Assembly: GCA_964057225.1 (NCBI GenBank)
Contig: OZ059895.1
Span: 5,952,001-6,016,000, forward strand
Reading direction: 5' to 3'
Length of the DNA stretch: 64,000 nt
Source of the DNA: Auanema rhodensis
Lineage: Eukaryota; Animalia; Nematoda
Part shown: piece by piece, positions 1 through 14,026 of the stretch
How positions within the stretch are numbered: position 1 is the first letter of the stretch
Layout of the letters: each line of letters opens with the position of its first letter
The notes under the pieces: model-generated
The model's input: the letters and a program-made list of their open reading frames with translations, nothing else
What the model was told of the DNA's origin: nothing
Databases searched by the model: none
Program-made: the position numbers and the translations under genes

Positions 1-48
1 ACAGAACGACTGAACACTACCGGATAAACGATTTGTCTATTGACTTAC

Positions 49-175
49 CACTTGACATCGTGTGCAGCGTGGCAGATTGAAGAGAACTGCCTGTCGGTGG
101 AGGAGCCAAACGGGGAACATCTGTAGCATTGAGGTCCAGCAAAGCTGTAGAAGGATTCAAGGGTCCAATTTTCAT
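49..175 (-). CDS. First coding exon of an unidentified gene continuing beyond the window start
   Basis: ttttag acceptor 3 nt before ATG (175). Open frame MKIGPLNPSTALLDLNATDVPRLAPPPTGSSLQSATLHTMSS ends at a G|gtaagt donor. Confidence 0.6.
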
Positions 176-804
176 TTTCTAAAAATAATACTGAAACTAT
201 ATCCTTGATTATAGCTTTTGGGGATTTTATGGAAAAAATATTTTAAAAATAGTTTCATTCTTCACGGACACGTTAGATTAAGATATATTTGTGCTGAAGC
301 CTGTAATTCATTTCATGAGGCCGACATTGGAGAAAACCTTCTTAAGAAATCTCTCAATAATCATTTGAAATTAATGCATAAGTTTGGGAAAAGCTAATCA
401 AATGTGAAACTATTTTAAAAGTGAAAACCATTCTAAGTGTCTGATTCTTCAGCACATTGCCACAAAGCAATTGCTTTGTACATATCAATAGAAGTCTGCT
501 TATTGTTTTGTTTCCTTTGCAAAACGTGCAAACGACAATAGCAAGACTGCAGGTTTCGACATCATGTCTAACTAAAGCCAATCTTCCGAAAATTTAATCG
601 AGATGGGATAGAAGCTAGCATTTCATCTTTGTTAAGTTATTTTTCTTTTGATTTGCTATAGTAGTAAAACGAGGAGTACACACGCTTCGTTAGATCCGAG
701 TAGAACTGCATCAACTAGTAGAAACAGAAAAAATAGTGATAGAATGCATATGTATGAGACGTGGTATATATATAAATAGAAGCAAATAGGCTAAAACTAT
801 AATT

Positions 805-2602
<1,798 letters not shown>

Positions 2603-2995
2603 TTTTACTAGTTTCTTATTTCTAAAATGAATAAATTTATGAATTAAACAATTGAATTATATGTAATACGTGAATAATATTTAGAAACTTGTACATTGTC
2701 TCATTATTAAAAGTGATATCACCTACTGCTGACTAGAAATATAATATAAATTTAAGCGTACAATTTAAGAAATATTTTTTGTTGTATAGTACTATTATAT
2801 ATGTTTGTTTTAATATCAAAAAGTCAATCTTTAACTGATTTTATGGATCGTTTTTTCACAATTTAACTAGAGCATTTTAAACGCTTTAGGGAAAATCGAC
2901 AACCTAAGTGAAACAAGCTAAAAATAAGTAGAGCAATGAAATTCGTAGAGACTTGAAGAACTTTTGAACTAGAGGCTCTGTATACATATATAGAA

Positions 2996-3124
2996 GAGCA
3001 AGCCAGCTGGTCCTTTATCGACATTTTCCCCCTGGCTATACGCCAAGCATGACGGGTGCGACCGCCTTGCTTCAAGCCGGCCGTCGTCCAGCACTCGTCT
3101 TATATGAATGGACGAGCCTGCCTC
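2996..3124 (-). ncRNA. Candidate structured non-coding RNA (unassigned)
   Basis: GC-rich island in AT-rich intergenic DNA with five nested hand-folded helices. G-U pairs favour the minus strand. Confidence 0.3.
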
Positions 3125-3635
3125 ATAATCAACATGCAATTGATCAAGCATTGCGAAAACAATCATAGATTATAGATATATCTACACTTATAAGCGAAAT
3201 TTTATTTTTTGAATTAGTTCTTTAAACACATTTTCTTTTTGTCCTAGTATGATTCCATTGAAAGGGAAGAAAAAGAAACTACCTCCAGAATACTTTTCTT
3301 AATATTCATATAAGAGAACTCGTGATACTTCAAATAGTTTTTTTTAAATTTATTATTAAGTTCCTTGTTATTTCTGCAGTTTTCAATGTTTCTTTTCATT
3401 CATCCAATGGCTTAGCATATGAGCAATTAGCATATGAATATTACTACGTACAACCTTTTTAAGCAAACGAAGAATATAAATTCATCTTCAACTACTTAAC
3501 ATTTGATGAATTAAAACAATGTTTAAATTAATTATTGAACAAGAAATAAGAAAAAAAATTTATTGGTTCGATGTTGAGATTGTATCATAGTTTGGAAAGT
3601 TGTGTACTTATATACAAGCATCCTCTTTGAGTTCC

Positions 3636-3940
3636 TTATTGGTTGTTGGTCAAGCTGACTCCAGGAGCAGGCTTAGCGGCTGCTGGGGCTCCGTTCTTGT
3701 TGCTTCCCCATCCCCAGTATGATGGGTAAGCGGCAGCATACCCACTGTAAGCTCCGTAGTAGTATGGAGAGTATGCGGCGTATGATGGGTAAGCAGCATA
3801 TCCGTAAGCTGGGGCGGCCAAATATTGGGCTTCAGTACCAGTGGAGATCATGGAAGCAGCGATGAGAGCAAGAACAGCACTAAAAATTTGTAAATAAGAA
3901 AATTGGGAAAAGAAGAGTTAACTTACATCTTGGCGAACAT
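3636..3940 (-). CDS. Small secreted Tyr/Ala/Gly-rich peptide with WGWGSNK motif, copy 1 (2 exons)
   Basis: ATG TTC GCC AAG AT|gtaagt..ttttag|T GCT gives signal peptide MFAKIAVLALIAASMISTGTEA, then QYLAAPAYGYAAYPSY...WGWGSNK. Upstream TATA box, downstream AATAAA. Confidence 0.85.
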
Positions 3941-3999
3941 ATTGAAGGAAGTTTGAGTTGCTTGTGAGAGCAGATACCTTTTCCATGATAACTGTACGC

Positions 4000-4006
4000 T
4001 TATATA
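4000..4006 (-). promoter_or_regulatory. TATA box of peptide gene copy 1 (copy 2 at 5544-5550)
   Basis: GTATATAAG on the minus strand about 60 bp upstream of the ATG. Confidence 0.6.
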
Positions 4007-5075
4007 CTGCCAGAAATTGCTTGAAACTATTTGTTCCTATCCGGTACAGGGTAAGGTCCTCCTCATTGTATCTCAAACATTTTTCCTCTTTGCTTACGGC
4101 AAAGATAAATAATGCCGAGCAGTGAAACTACGAACAGTCTAGAGCAAAAGATTTGTGCGAAGAGCCTGTTGCCATATGAACAAATAGGTTTTAGCTAGTT
4201 TTTTCTTCATTCCAAATACAAGCTGTGAAGCAACTTATATCAAATTGTGTTCTTTCAAATATTAGTATATCCTATAGGTATATATCTCACTTGCGAAACT
4301 GTCAGAACTGTATTACCTCGGAAATAGACTATTTAATATTTATTTTTTACAGAAAAGAAAAGAATTTTAATGATTTTTCTCTATTAAATAAATAATAATA
4401 ATTTCAAAATCATAAACAGCATATACTGCATATTTTATACGTAGTATTTGCAACCAACAATTTACATTAAAATGTATACATAATTAATTACTATATGGAT
4501 TATGCTTGTTTAAAATAATTTGAATGTAATCTTTAGTTGTGCAAGCAAAGGCAAAAAGACTAACTAGAAATTGTCATAACTTGTTTCAGTATTCTTCGTT
4601 TGTAATTTGAGTCTGTCATTAACACGTGACGTAAGATTTGTAAAAATGTTATGTAAACAAGAACATAAATAAGCATGAACTTGAACTAAGAGTGAATAAT
4701 ATTTATTGCTGTCATGTATAATCTAGTTATACGTTAACATTTTTCGAATTAAAGATTTTCGGTTTTTTTTTATTTGAATATTTCATATAGTTTACTGCAT
4801 GTACCCCAAATAGGGAAACGTTTCTCAATTTCTAGGCATATACATAAATTTACCCTCCCTACACAATAATAATTACCTTGTGTATTTAAAAAAAATTTAA
4901 TTTAGAATACTTCTAATATCATATATTAAATTGTAAGAATTATTACAAAAAATATATCACTGGATTAAGACATATTTTAACTATTTAACAGTTGTCTTTA
5001 ATTTCAAGATGGGATTTCCACGGTTTAAAGTTAATTCCTATATAAGCTTCAATATCACAGTATTTTTTAAATCAC

Positions 5076-5766
5076 TTATTGAACAAGAAATAAGAAAAAA
5101 AATTTATTGGTTCGATGTTGAGATTGTATCATAGTTTGGAAAGTTGTGTACTTATATACAAGCATCCTCTTTGAGTTCCTTATTGGTTGTTGGTCAAGCT
5201 GACTCCAGGAGCAGGCTTAGCGGCTGCTGGGGCTCCGTTCTTGTTGCTTCCCCATCCCCAGTATGATGGGTAAGCGGCAGCATACCCACTGTAAGCTCCG
5301 TAGTAGTATGGAGAGTATGCGGCGTATGATGGGTAAGCAGCATATCCGTAAGCTGGGGCGGCCAAATATTGGGCTTCAGTACCAGTGGAGATCATGGAAG
5401 CAGCGATGAGAGCAAGAACAGCACTAAAAATTTGTAAATAAGAAAATTGGGAAAAGAAGAGTTAACTTACATCTTGGCGAACATATTGAAGGAAGTTTGA
5501 GTTGCTTGTGAGAGCAGATACCTTTTCCATGATAACTGTACGCTTATATACTGCCAGAAATTGCTTGAAACTATTTGTTCCTATCCGGTACAGGGTAAGG
5601 TCCTCCTCATTGTATCTCAAACATTTTTCCTCTTTGCTTACGGCAAAGATAAATAATGCCGAGCAGTGAAACTACGAACAGTCTAGAGCAAAAGATTTGT
5701 GCGAAGAGCCTGTTGCCATATGAACAAATAGGTTTTAGCTAGTTTTTTCTTCATTCCAAATACAAG
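5076..5766. repeat. 691-bp direct duplication, copy 2
   Basis: Matches 3532-4222; flanks differ on both sides. Confidence 0.93.
5180..5484 (-). CDS. Small secreted Tyr/Ala/Gly-rich peptide, copy 2
   Basis: Same sequence as copy 1, including the intron. Confidence 0.85.
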
Positions 5767-6481
5767 ATTCAGAGAAAAAAACTGGGAACTTGAGTTGTGG
5801 TGACATAAATGAGTAATTGTCAATGATTTTGGTTACCTCCATTCAGATTTCTTCAAAAAATATTTTGTTTTGATGGAGTACACGATGTGATTGAAATAAT
5901 CCAAAAAATTGTTGTAGTGTATCAATAAAATCAGGTCAGAATGCATTTAACAATTAAACGCATTTATAGCTTAATACCAATAAGAATCACATCCTATTTA
6001 ATATGAGTGATGATACTCAACAACATAAATAAGTTTTAGTGATTTATAATTTTGTACTTTTTAAAATTAAATGTATGAATACCTTTTACGAGTTTGTAAA
6101 CAATTAAACCTATTACAAGTTATTTCCAAATACGCATGTTCTTTTTATTCTCACGGCGCATCAAAAAATTGTTGACGCTTTTGCTGTGCAAAAATGAACC
6201 TTCGAAAATTTGAATTTCAAGTTGTACAACTATTTCTAATAATATATTTTTCTAACCTGAAGTTATTCTAAAGATAAAATTCCAGATTTGACTTTTATTT
6301 TCTTTTCTTCTTGGAAAAATATGTTAAAGTGCTCTAAGTGATGTTAGTATTGAAAGTACAATCTGACGTTTTTAGTTCTTGTACAATATGTTTTTATTGT
6401 CTTTAACTTTGTTTGTTTTAGACATTTCAAGCTTACTACAAGCTTAAATTTTTTTTGTTTTCATCATCTTGTGCTGTTTGA

Positions 6482-8409
6482 ATGTCTGATACAAAAAGTG
6501 TTGAAAGTTCCCGTGGAAGGAGTCGGGAAGATTCTACGGTATAAAATTTTAAAATTATATTTTTAATATTTGTTTTAGAGTAGTTCATCTAGTTCTGATT
6601 CGGATACAAGCTCATCCAGTGGAAGTGATTCAGATTCTCCACCCGTATCACCCGTTCGAAGGTCTCGTACACCTACTCGAGTAAAATCAAAGTCTCCGGC
6701 TCGAAGAAAATCAAAGTCTCCTCCTCGAAGAAAATCAAAGTCTCCTGCTCGGAGAAAGAAATCCATTTCCCCTGCTCGGAAAAGGTCCAAATCACCTGTC
6801 CGAAGGCTAAGGTCAGGATCACCAGTTCGGAGAAAGTCTAGATCACCCGTTAGAAGAAAGTCTAGATCACCCGTTAGAAGAAAGTCTAGATCACCCGTTA
6901 GAAGAAAGTCCAGATCACCCGTTAGAAGAAAGTCCAGATCACCGATTAGAAGGAAGTCCAGATCTCCTGCCCGAAGACAGAAGTCTCGATCACCTGTAAG
7001 AAGACAGAAGTCTCGATCACCTGTAAGAAGACAGAAGTCTCGATCACCTGTTAGAAAACAGAAGTCTCGATCACCTGTAAGAAGAAAGTCTCGTTCACCT
7101 CCCAGGAAACGATCTCGTTCTCCTGCTCGCAGAAGATCTCGCTCACCTCCTCGGAGAAGATCCAGATCACCTGCAAGAAGAAGATCCAGATCACCTGCAA
7201 AAAGAAGATCTCCAGCTCGCAAACGCTCTAGATCGCCTGCTCGAAGAGCATCACGTTCTCCACTAAGATCATCTAGGTCTTCTGCTCGAAGGAGATCAAG
7301 GTCTCCAACTGGTAGTTCAATCCCAAATCGAAGAAGGTGAAAAAATATTTCATTGAATTTTCTTATTTTTTTTTTAGACGAGAGAGAAGCAATTCTGAAG
7401 AAGGACGTTCTAGTAATAAAGGTTCTAAATGGGAACAAAATCGAAGCCCATCCATAAAGAGGGAAATTGAATCTCCACGAGAAGAACAGAATACCTCTGA
7501 AGGAAAAAGATTTGGCTTGGAAAAAAAACGTAAGCTCTTTTACTTCAAGTTTATTAATTAGATCGATTATAGGAAGCAAATTCGATGATGGACTCAGGGG
7601 TGAAGGGCTTAAAGAAACGTTTGTTTAAAATCAACCAAGAAGAGCATAATAAATTGTTTGCAGCAAAGAAAAGTGGGGCAAGCCTGAAATGTGGGAAGTT
7701 AAAAAAGAGGAAGAACCTGTTATTGAAAAAGAAAAAGTATTTTGCTACAAATGTCTCCTATTTCACTCATTTTATAGATTAATATGGAAACCAGTGGCAA
7801 GTTAGCTGAAGATACCAATATGTTCCGTGGTGTAGTGATTAAATATAATGAGCCTCCTGAGGCAAAACTTCCTACCCTTCGGTTGGACTTTTTTTTTGAA
7901 ACTTACAATGTTTATTTTATAGTTGGCGACTTTATCCTTTTAAAGGAGAAGAGTCTTTGCCTGCCTTGTATATACATAGACAATCGGCATATTTAATTGG
8001 AAGGGATCGTAAAATTGCAGATATCCCTGTAGACCATCCGAGCTGTAGTAAGCAGCATGCGGCATTCCAATATAGGTTTTTAATTCAATAGAAAAGACTT
8101 TAATTATGATTGCCAAATTCAGATCTATGCCTTTTGAACGGGTTGATGGTTCTAGAGGACGGCGTGTTCTTCCGTATTTGATTGATTTAGGAAGCGCGAA
8201 TGGAACATTTCTTAACGGACAAAAGATAGACCCTCAACGGTTTTTATTTCCTTTTTTTTTAATTTTCATATTGTTGTTTTTTTAGATATTATGAAGTTCA
8301 AGAAAAGGATGTAATTAAATTCGGGTTCTCTTCTAAGGAATTCGTTGTTCTAAACGAAAATTCAGCCGGCGTAGAGGAATCATCTCCCAAGTCGGATAAA
8401 TCGGTATAA
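6482..8409 (+). CDS. SNIP1: SNIP1/Pml1-like RES-complex splicing factor (RS-rich N-terminus, C-terminal FHA domain)
   Basis: SGKLAEDTNMFRGVVIKYNEPPEA..WRLYPFKG..HRQSAYLIGRDRKIADIPVDHPSCSKQHAAFQYR..DLGSANGTFLN..KFGFSSKE. Confidence 0.92.
6680..7310 (+). repeat. Coding tandem repeats (24- and 27-nt units) encoding KSRSPVRR/QKSRSPVRR
   Basis: Repeated aagtctagatcacccgttagaaga (from ~6834) and cagaagtctcgatcacctgtaagaaga (from ~6978) units. Confidence 0.9.
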
Positions 8410-8661
8410 ATATTTTCTCTTTTGGTTCATTGTTCTTGTTATAAATTGTTGTTCATAATTCAAATATATTGGAAAGCACTTTAAGTAAGTTTCAGCTACA
8501 ATCCGATTATTAACCGTGTATTTCTAATGTTCTTAAGTTTAAAATAAACATAAATATTTTAATTCTTGAGTGTTTTTCTGTATGCTTTGAAAATAATTTC
8601 ATCAATACATTCTCAAGTTAATAGTTGATAGATGATTTAATTAAATCTGTATAGATCTATT

Positions 8662-10841
8662 TTATACAAACCAGCAAGGGTCATCGCAGTGTCGAATATA
8701 AGATTCAAGAACAATATCATCCACCTGTAAACAAGTATTAAGTTAACAACATGCAACACGTAAGAGAGTACCTGCATGACTGATGTATATACAGTAGCTT
8801 TATTCAAATTAGGCTTTCCACTTAAAACCTTGAAAATTTTTTAAAAGTTATTAGGAAACAATTTAAACTTGACTGTAAACATACTTGATATAGGCCACTC
8901 AATCCTACATTTTCTTGTCCTAATTTGTGCATACAATCATTTCCAGGACCACTGAACACACTTGGATACTTTTTATAAAAAATTTGGAACTTACAGTCTG
9001 GAATCAAGGTAAATCTCTTTTTTATCCCAATCATAATTTGTTTGAAGGAGGTACCAACCGTTCGGTTTCGTTGTGTCTAATACCTAAGAAATCTTCTTAA
9101 GTTCTCTAATCAAAGTATAAACAAACTTGGGTGTGATCTGTGCCATTTGGTCCCCTTGTAATGATTGCTCCTTCTCCTGGTTGACGCCCTCCTACGATAA
9201 AATATCCAGAAGCCATCATTGGATAAGTTTGAAGGAATTTAACGGCCTAAATGTAAGTACTTATAAACAAAGAAGAAACTATATACTTACATCTTTATAA
9301 TTGGTAGTGTTAGCAAGAACATCACGATCCATGAATAATAAAAATTCTCGACCTGTTATACCTCTGAGAACGAAGTCTAATAAGTTGTTACGGCTGCTGC
9401 CAAAGCGAGCATTAGTTGATAATGTAAATCCATGAGGACGTAAACCTATTAAGGATATTATTTATATCTGTCGTTTAATTTAATATTTGAACTATTAATA
9501 GTAATATATGAAAGAATAGATTTTATCATTGATAAAAGCATAGTGCAAACAACCGTTCTACTAAAGTATCACTTTCATAGAAATGTTTTTCATCTTGTTG
9601 CAAGCATATTACTAATCAATAAATTACTGTTTTAATTTATTAAATTGTTAATACCTGTCAATACACCCATATGGCCAGCGAAAGTAACACCCTTATACAC
9701 AAGTTTTCCATCTTGAACGTAATCAACGTTTATTACTAAGTTCTTAAGAATATTATGTTTTAGTTTTTTTTCGAGTAAAATTACTTTCAAAGCAATAGTT
9801 TGTCCCCAAGTGTGCTCTGTCATATTCCAAATAAATCCGGTTCCAAAGTCCTGATTTCTAAAAAAATATTACTTGAATTTTTTTATTTTAGACACAATGA
9901 TATCTGTATTATTTTCTTATTTGTACCTTCCATGATAGATTTTTCCTTCTGGTGTTTGAGCTACAATAGAAGTACATCCTTTAGCTATCTCATAAAACAT
10001 GTTCAAAAGTGTAACTTCACCTAATGGTACACCACTGATGTTAGCGAACCCCTAAACATGACCTAGCACTACTCTTTCTATACAATTGAAAAATCTTACA
10101 ATTATTTCACTTCTATATGGCTCAGCCATACTGTTAATAGAGTTTCCACACATTTCAACTAAATACTCATATGCTCCAGGAATGAAAAAGTCTACAACAG
10201 ATCTTACTGTATGAAGAGCTGCTAGTACCTAAACAGGCGTAGTTAGGTATAAAATTATGTTTCTTGGGGTTTGATTACCCTGGTTTCATATACTTCAGCT
10301 ACTTTTCTCCATCGTTCCTGAGGCGGAGTACTTAAATCAACAACGTATGTTGGAACTTGATCAGCTAATTTTGGGTTATATTGTGGAGCCTTTAAAAATT
10401 AAGAAACAATGATATGATTATGATTGTAGGTAATAATCTTTGAACTGTTATATTATATATTAATAATGATTATAAAAATGCTTACACCATCAAATTTTTT
10501 AAATTGCATTTGAACATTCTAATATTTAAAAATCTTATTTGATTTTCGTTTCAAAAAATCAAAAACTATATAATTCATATTTCATTTTGAATCAAATCTT
10601 ATCGCGTAATCAACTATTTTTTCTCAATTGAGACCAAAGTATAACGCTGGTGATAACTTCATGTACGATTTTTGAAATCGCTTATGCATTTTCAAAGCTC
10701 ACTTTTGAATAAATAGAAGAACAGTTTTATACCAACCTGTCCAACATAGCACACTTCACCGTATGGTCCCCAGGGGTCCTGCTTAGCGACAGCAATTCCG
10801 GTCAAGCCCAATACCGTGACCAGAAATATCAATTTCCTCAT
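8662..10841 (-). CDS. asah-1: Acid ceramidase (Ntn hydrolase)
   Basis: Signal peptide; PPQERW; nucleophile motif FYEIAKG|CTSIVA; HGRNQDFG; TFAGHMGVLTGLRP; LLQTNYD; C-terminal CDDPCWFV*. Confidence 0.88.
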
Positions 10842-11429
10842 CTGTAAATCTCTTAATGATACAGTTCAATTGTAAACATAAAATATTATTTAAAAATAAA
10901 TAATATTTTCATTAATAGAAACAATAGAAAATATATTCAAATAATATAGATATTTCTATACGGAAGATTTGATGAAGTTCTCGAAATTTCTAAAGACTAA
11001 ACATTTGCTCAAAAAAAAAAAGATTGTTGTTTATCAAATAAATAATAAAAATAATGAGTGACGACGGATATTATCTTGTCAACTCCGCATTAAATGGCAT
11101 TCACTCTTTTCCCTCCCACATGCTCCAATCTGATTTTCATTTCTCTTTATCAGGCCACGTGTGATTTTCATGCTTCTCTCTTAACTCTCTTATCCTTTTT
11201 CCTTTCTACATAAGAAACGAATTGCATGTTAGAAAAGCAAAGATAATTATTGCTTTCATTTTTTTCAAAATAACGAACAAATATAGAAAATGGGAATAAT
11301 TCATTCATATTAGATATTATAATAAAACGAGATACGAATTAGTTTTTAATATAACCAATTATTATGTTTTAGGAGATCTTTTTTGGCTCCATTTCGCTTT
11401 ATACACTTGTTTTCTTCTCTGTCCATATT

Positions 11430-12764
11430 CTACTGATTGACTGTATCTAAAAAACAAGTTGTTCTTTTAAAGCCGATTATTGATTCAGTGCTATCATACT
11501 GTTGCTCAAATTCAGCTCCTGATCTTCGTGGCGGACATAAACAATATGCACCATCATTACCCGGCAGCCCTCTGGATCCAATCTGAATGTAGTTATAATT
11601 GTTTTCGAAATTATTCAAATTTTACTTCTCCAGGAAGACCTGGTAGACCTCGAGGCCCTGGTAGACCGATTTGCCCTACATATCCTTGCAAACCAGGTAT
11701 ACCTGAGAAACCAGTTTCTCCGGGAGCTCCTGGTTCGCCTCTTGGTCCTATTGGGCCATCGAAACCTGGAGGCCCAGGTAAACATATCAGCTTAACAGAT
11801 GGGATTCCGTTGTGGCCTGGTTGACCATCAGGACCAGGAGGACCGGAAAATGATAAGAACTAAGAAGAGTTGAAGTGATTCATATTCTCACCATCGGGTC
11901 CTGGATCTCCGATTGATCCTGGCCAACCTGGTTCAGTGCCTTGCCCCGGAAAACCAGGCTGTCCAACATGCCCTTCCGGACCGGGCTCACCTACAGGCCC
12001 AGGTTCACCTTCTGGACCGGGTGGACCTTCTGGACATTCAAAACACGCCGCAGGCTCATACTGAAGCAAATCGCCGCTTATTCCCGGCTTTCCAGCACTT
12101 CCATGACTTCCGGGTTCTTTAGAAAATTGTATATGTAGTTGGACAGAAACAGAAGTATTACCTCCATTATGTCCTGGATAACCATTACGTCCACGTCTAC
12201 CCGATGGACATTTCGGATTAATTCCATACATATTTGCTTCATCTGGGCAACCTTGACATTGAAAAAAAAAACACGTTGTTTGTTCAAACGTATGTATGAA
12301 ACCTACAATTGCATGTTTGCATGAGTTCTGGACTAAAAAATGGCGTAAATGATGGCGATTGACCACCTCCTCCAGATGGAATTTCATCTGTACCAATAGG
12401 AAAAGCACTATACCCTTTATCCTTATGTCTGAATTTGCAATTAAGGTCAAAACGTCTAAATAATTTTAAAAACTTTTTACGGAAAGCGTGTCGCTTCAAT
12501 CTTCGATATTGATATGTATTTGATGAATTTAAAAGTAATAAAATATCGTTCCAGGTATCATCAGCAGTTTTCTAAAACAAAAACTCCAATTATAAAAAAA
12601 ATACAAATTACCTTAAATTGGCTCAAATTGTCTAATGATTCCATTTGAAAACTATTTATAACTGATATTGTATGAATAGAAGCTAGCCAGGTTATTATAA
12701 TGGAAAATATAATAGAAGTATTCAAAAAAGACAGAAACCAATAATCATTTTGAGGCTTAGACAT
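11430..12764 (-). CDS. Nematode cuticle collagen
   Basis: N-terminal hydrophobic segment, RLKR convertase site, Cys motifs ([27 protein letters not shown]) and Gly-X-Y blocks. Exact 3' end uncertain. Confidence 0.88.
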
Positions 12765-14026
12765 ACCTAAAAATAGAAATAAATAGTTTTTTTAAATGAT
12801 GTAGTATATCGTAGATAGAATATATAATTTATTAATAATTTTATGTAAATAAAAAAATTTATAACATAATTTAGGAAACAATTATCTGTTAGCACCGTGA
12901 AATACTGAAAACAATTTTTATTTTTGCTTATGTATATATCCTGCCCCTTGTACCCTTAAGAAGTAAGTCATTATAACTAGTTCATTCACTTTCAACGTCA
13001 AGGATCTCAGTATATTATTACTTTCTTTCATCAAATCTAGTAGACATGTTGCAAATTGTTTTATATCTCTTTTGAAAGTAAAAATTGCATGATATTAGAA
13101 AACACGTAAGATGTAAAGAATCATTGCAGTTGAACTACTTTATGATGAATCTTCTCCTTAAAAGAAAGTGAAACTTCAACTTATTAATATATTAAATGCA
13201 CAACCATAACTTCACCCACTCATCTAATATCTTTCTCTTTAGCTTTTGATGTATTTATTTGGCAGTGAAAACATCTACACCATCTCATATATTTATTAAG
13301 CGAAAACTGAACAGATGCTCCAACGATTGAAGTTAATTACAAATGCGAAATCAGCAGTACCAATGTCTAAATGTGGCACTACACGCACAAAGCTTTACAT
13401 AAATTAAATTTAAATTTCACATTTTAACATTTTCCAGCTATTAGTTTGCACTTACTGTCTTACACTAAACTTAACGACAATAAAAATAATTCATTCCCTT
13501 ATAAAACCAGATTTTTTAGTACTAGATAGTTTGAGCTCATGTCCCTAAGGATATTTCATCTAACAAAGCCTTACCATTCATCAAGTGGAGGACACCCATT
13601 TCGCTCAAACGGCTACGGGTATCATAGCCAAATAGATGTTTTTCTTAGAATTTACATCGAAATCCTTCATTTTCAGAAATCTATGCAAATTAACAAGTGT
13701 TCAGTATGTTTCAACTGTTGCGTACAGACGTGAACATTAAAAGGGACTATGCGTATATGCTACTATTTAAGCGTTAATCTTTAGTTATAAAGTCGAATTT
13801 CAAGTTGTTTTCAATTTTTTCAGCTTGGATTATCATGAGAGTAACAGATGAAAATGTTTTCGTAACTTCCTAGCATTTTTCTCTTATTTAACTTCATTTT
13901 CACCTTTTAAATTTCTCGCTGTCTTTGCTATGTCATTCTTGTCTAAGCTTTTCATTTAATACATACTTTTACTATTACAAATGACAGCTTTTCCGCCATT
14001 ACGATTGATATTAAATGTAGTTTAGC

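Larger units (their letters stand above)
3532..4222. repeat. 691-bp direct duplication, copy 1 (promoter + gene + 3'UTR)
   Basis: Matches 5076-5766 at constant offset 1544; no differences seen by eye. Confidence 0.93.

Noticed and set aside
6575-7579. 334-aa minus-strand ORF with (LTGDLDF)n repeats
   Set aside because: Antisense shadow of the SNIP1 RS-repeat exon; the plus strand has the splice sites and the FHA domain.
11480-12324. Several plus-strand Pro/Gly ORFs
   Set aside because: Antisense to collagen Gly-X-Y exons.
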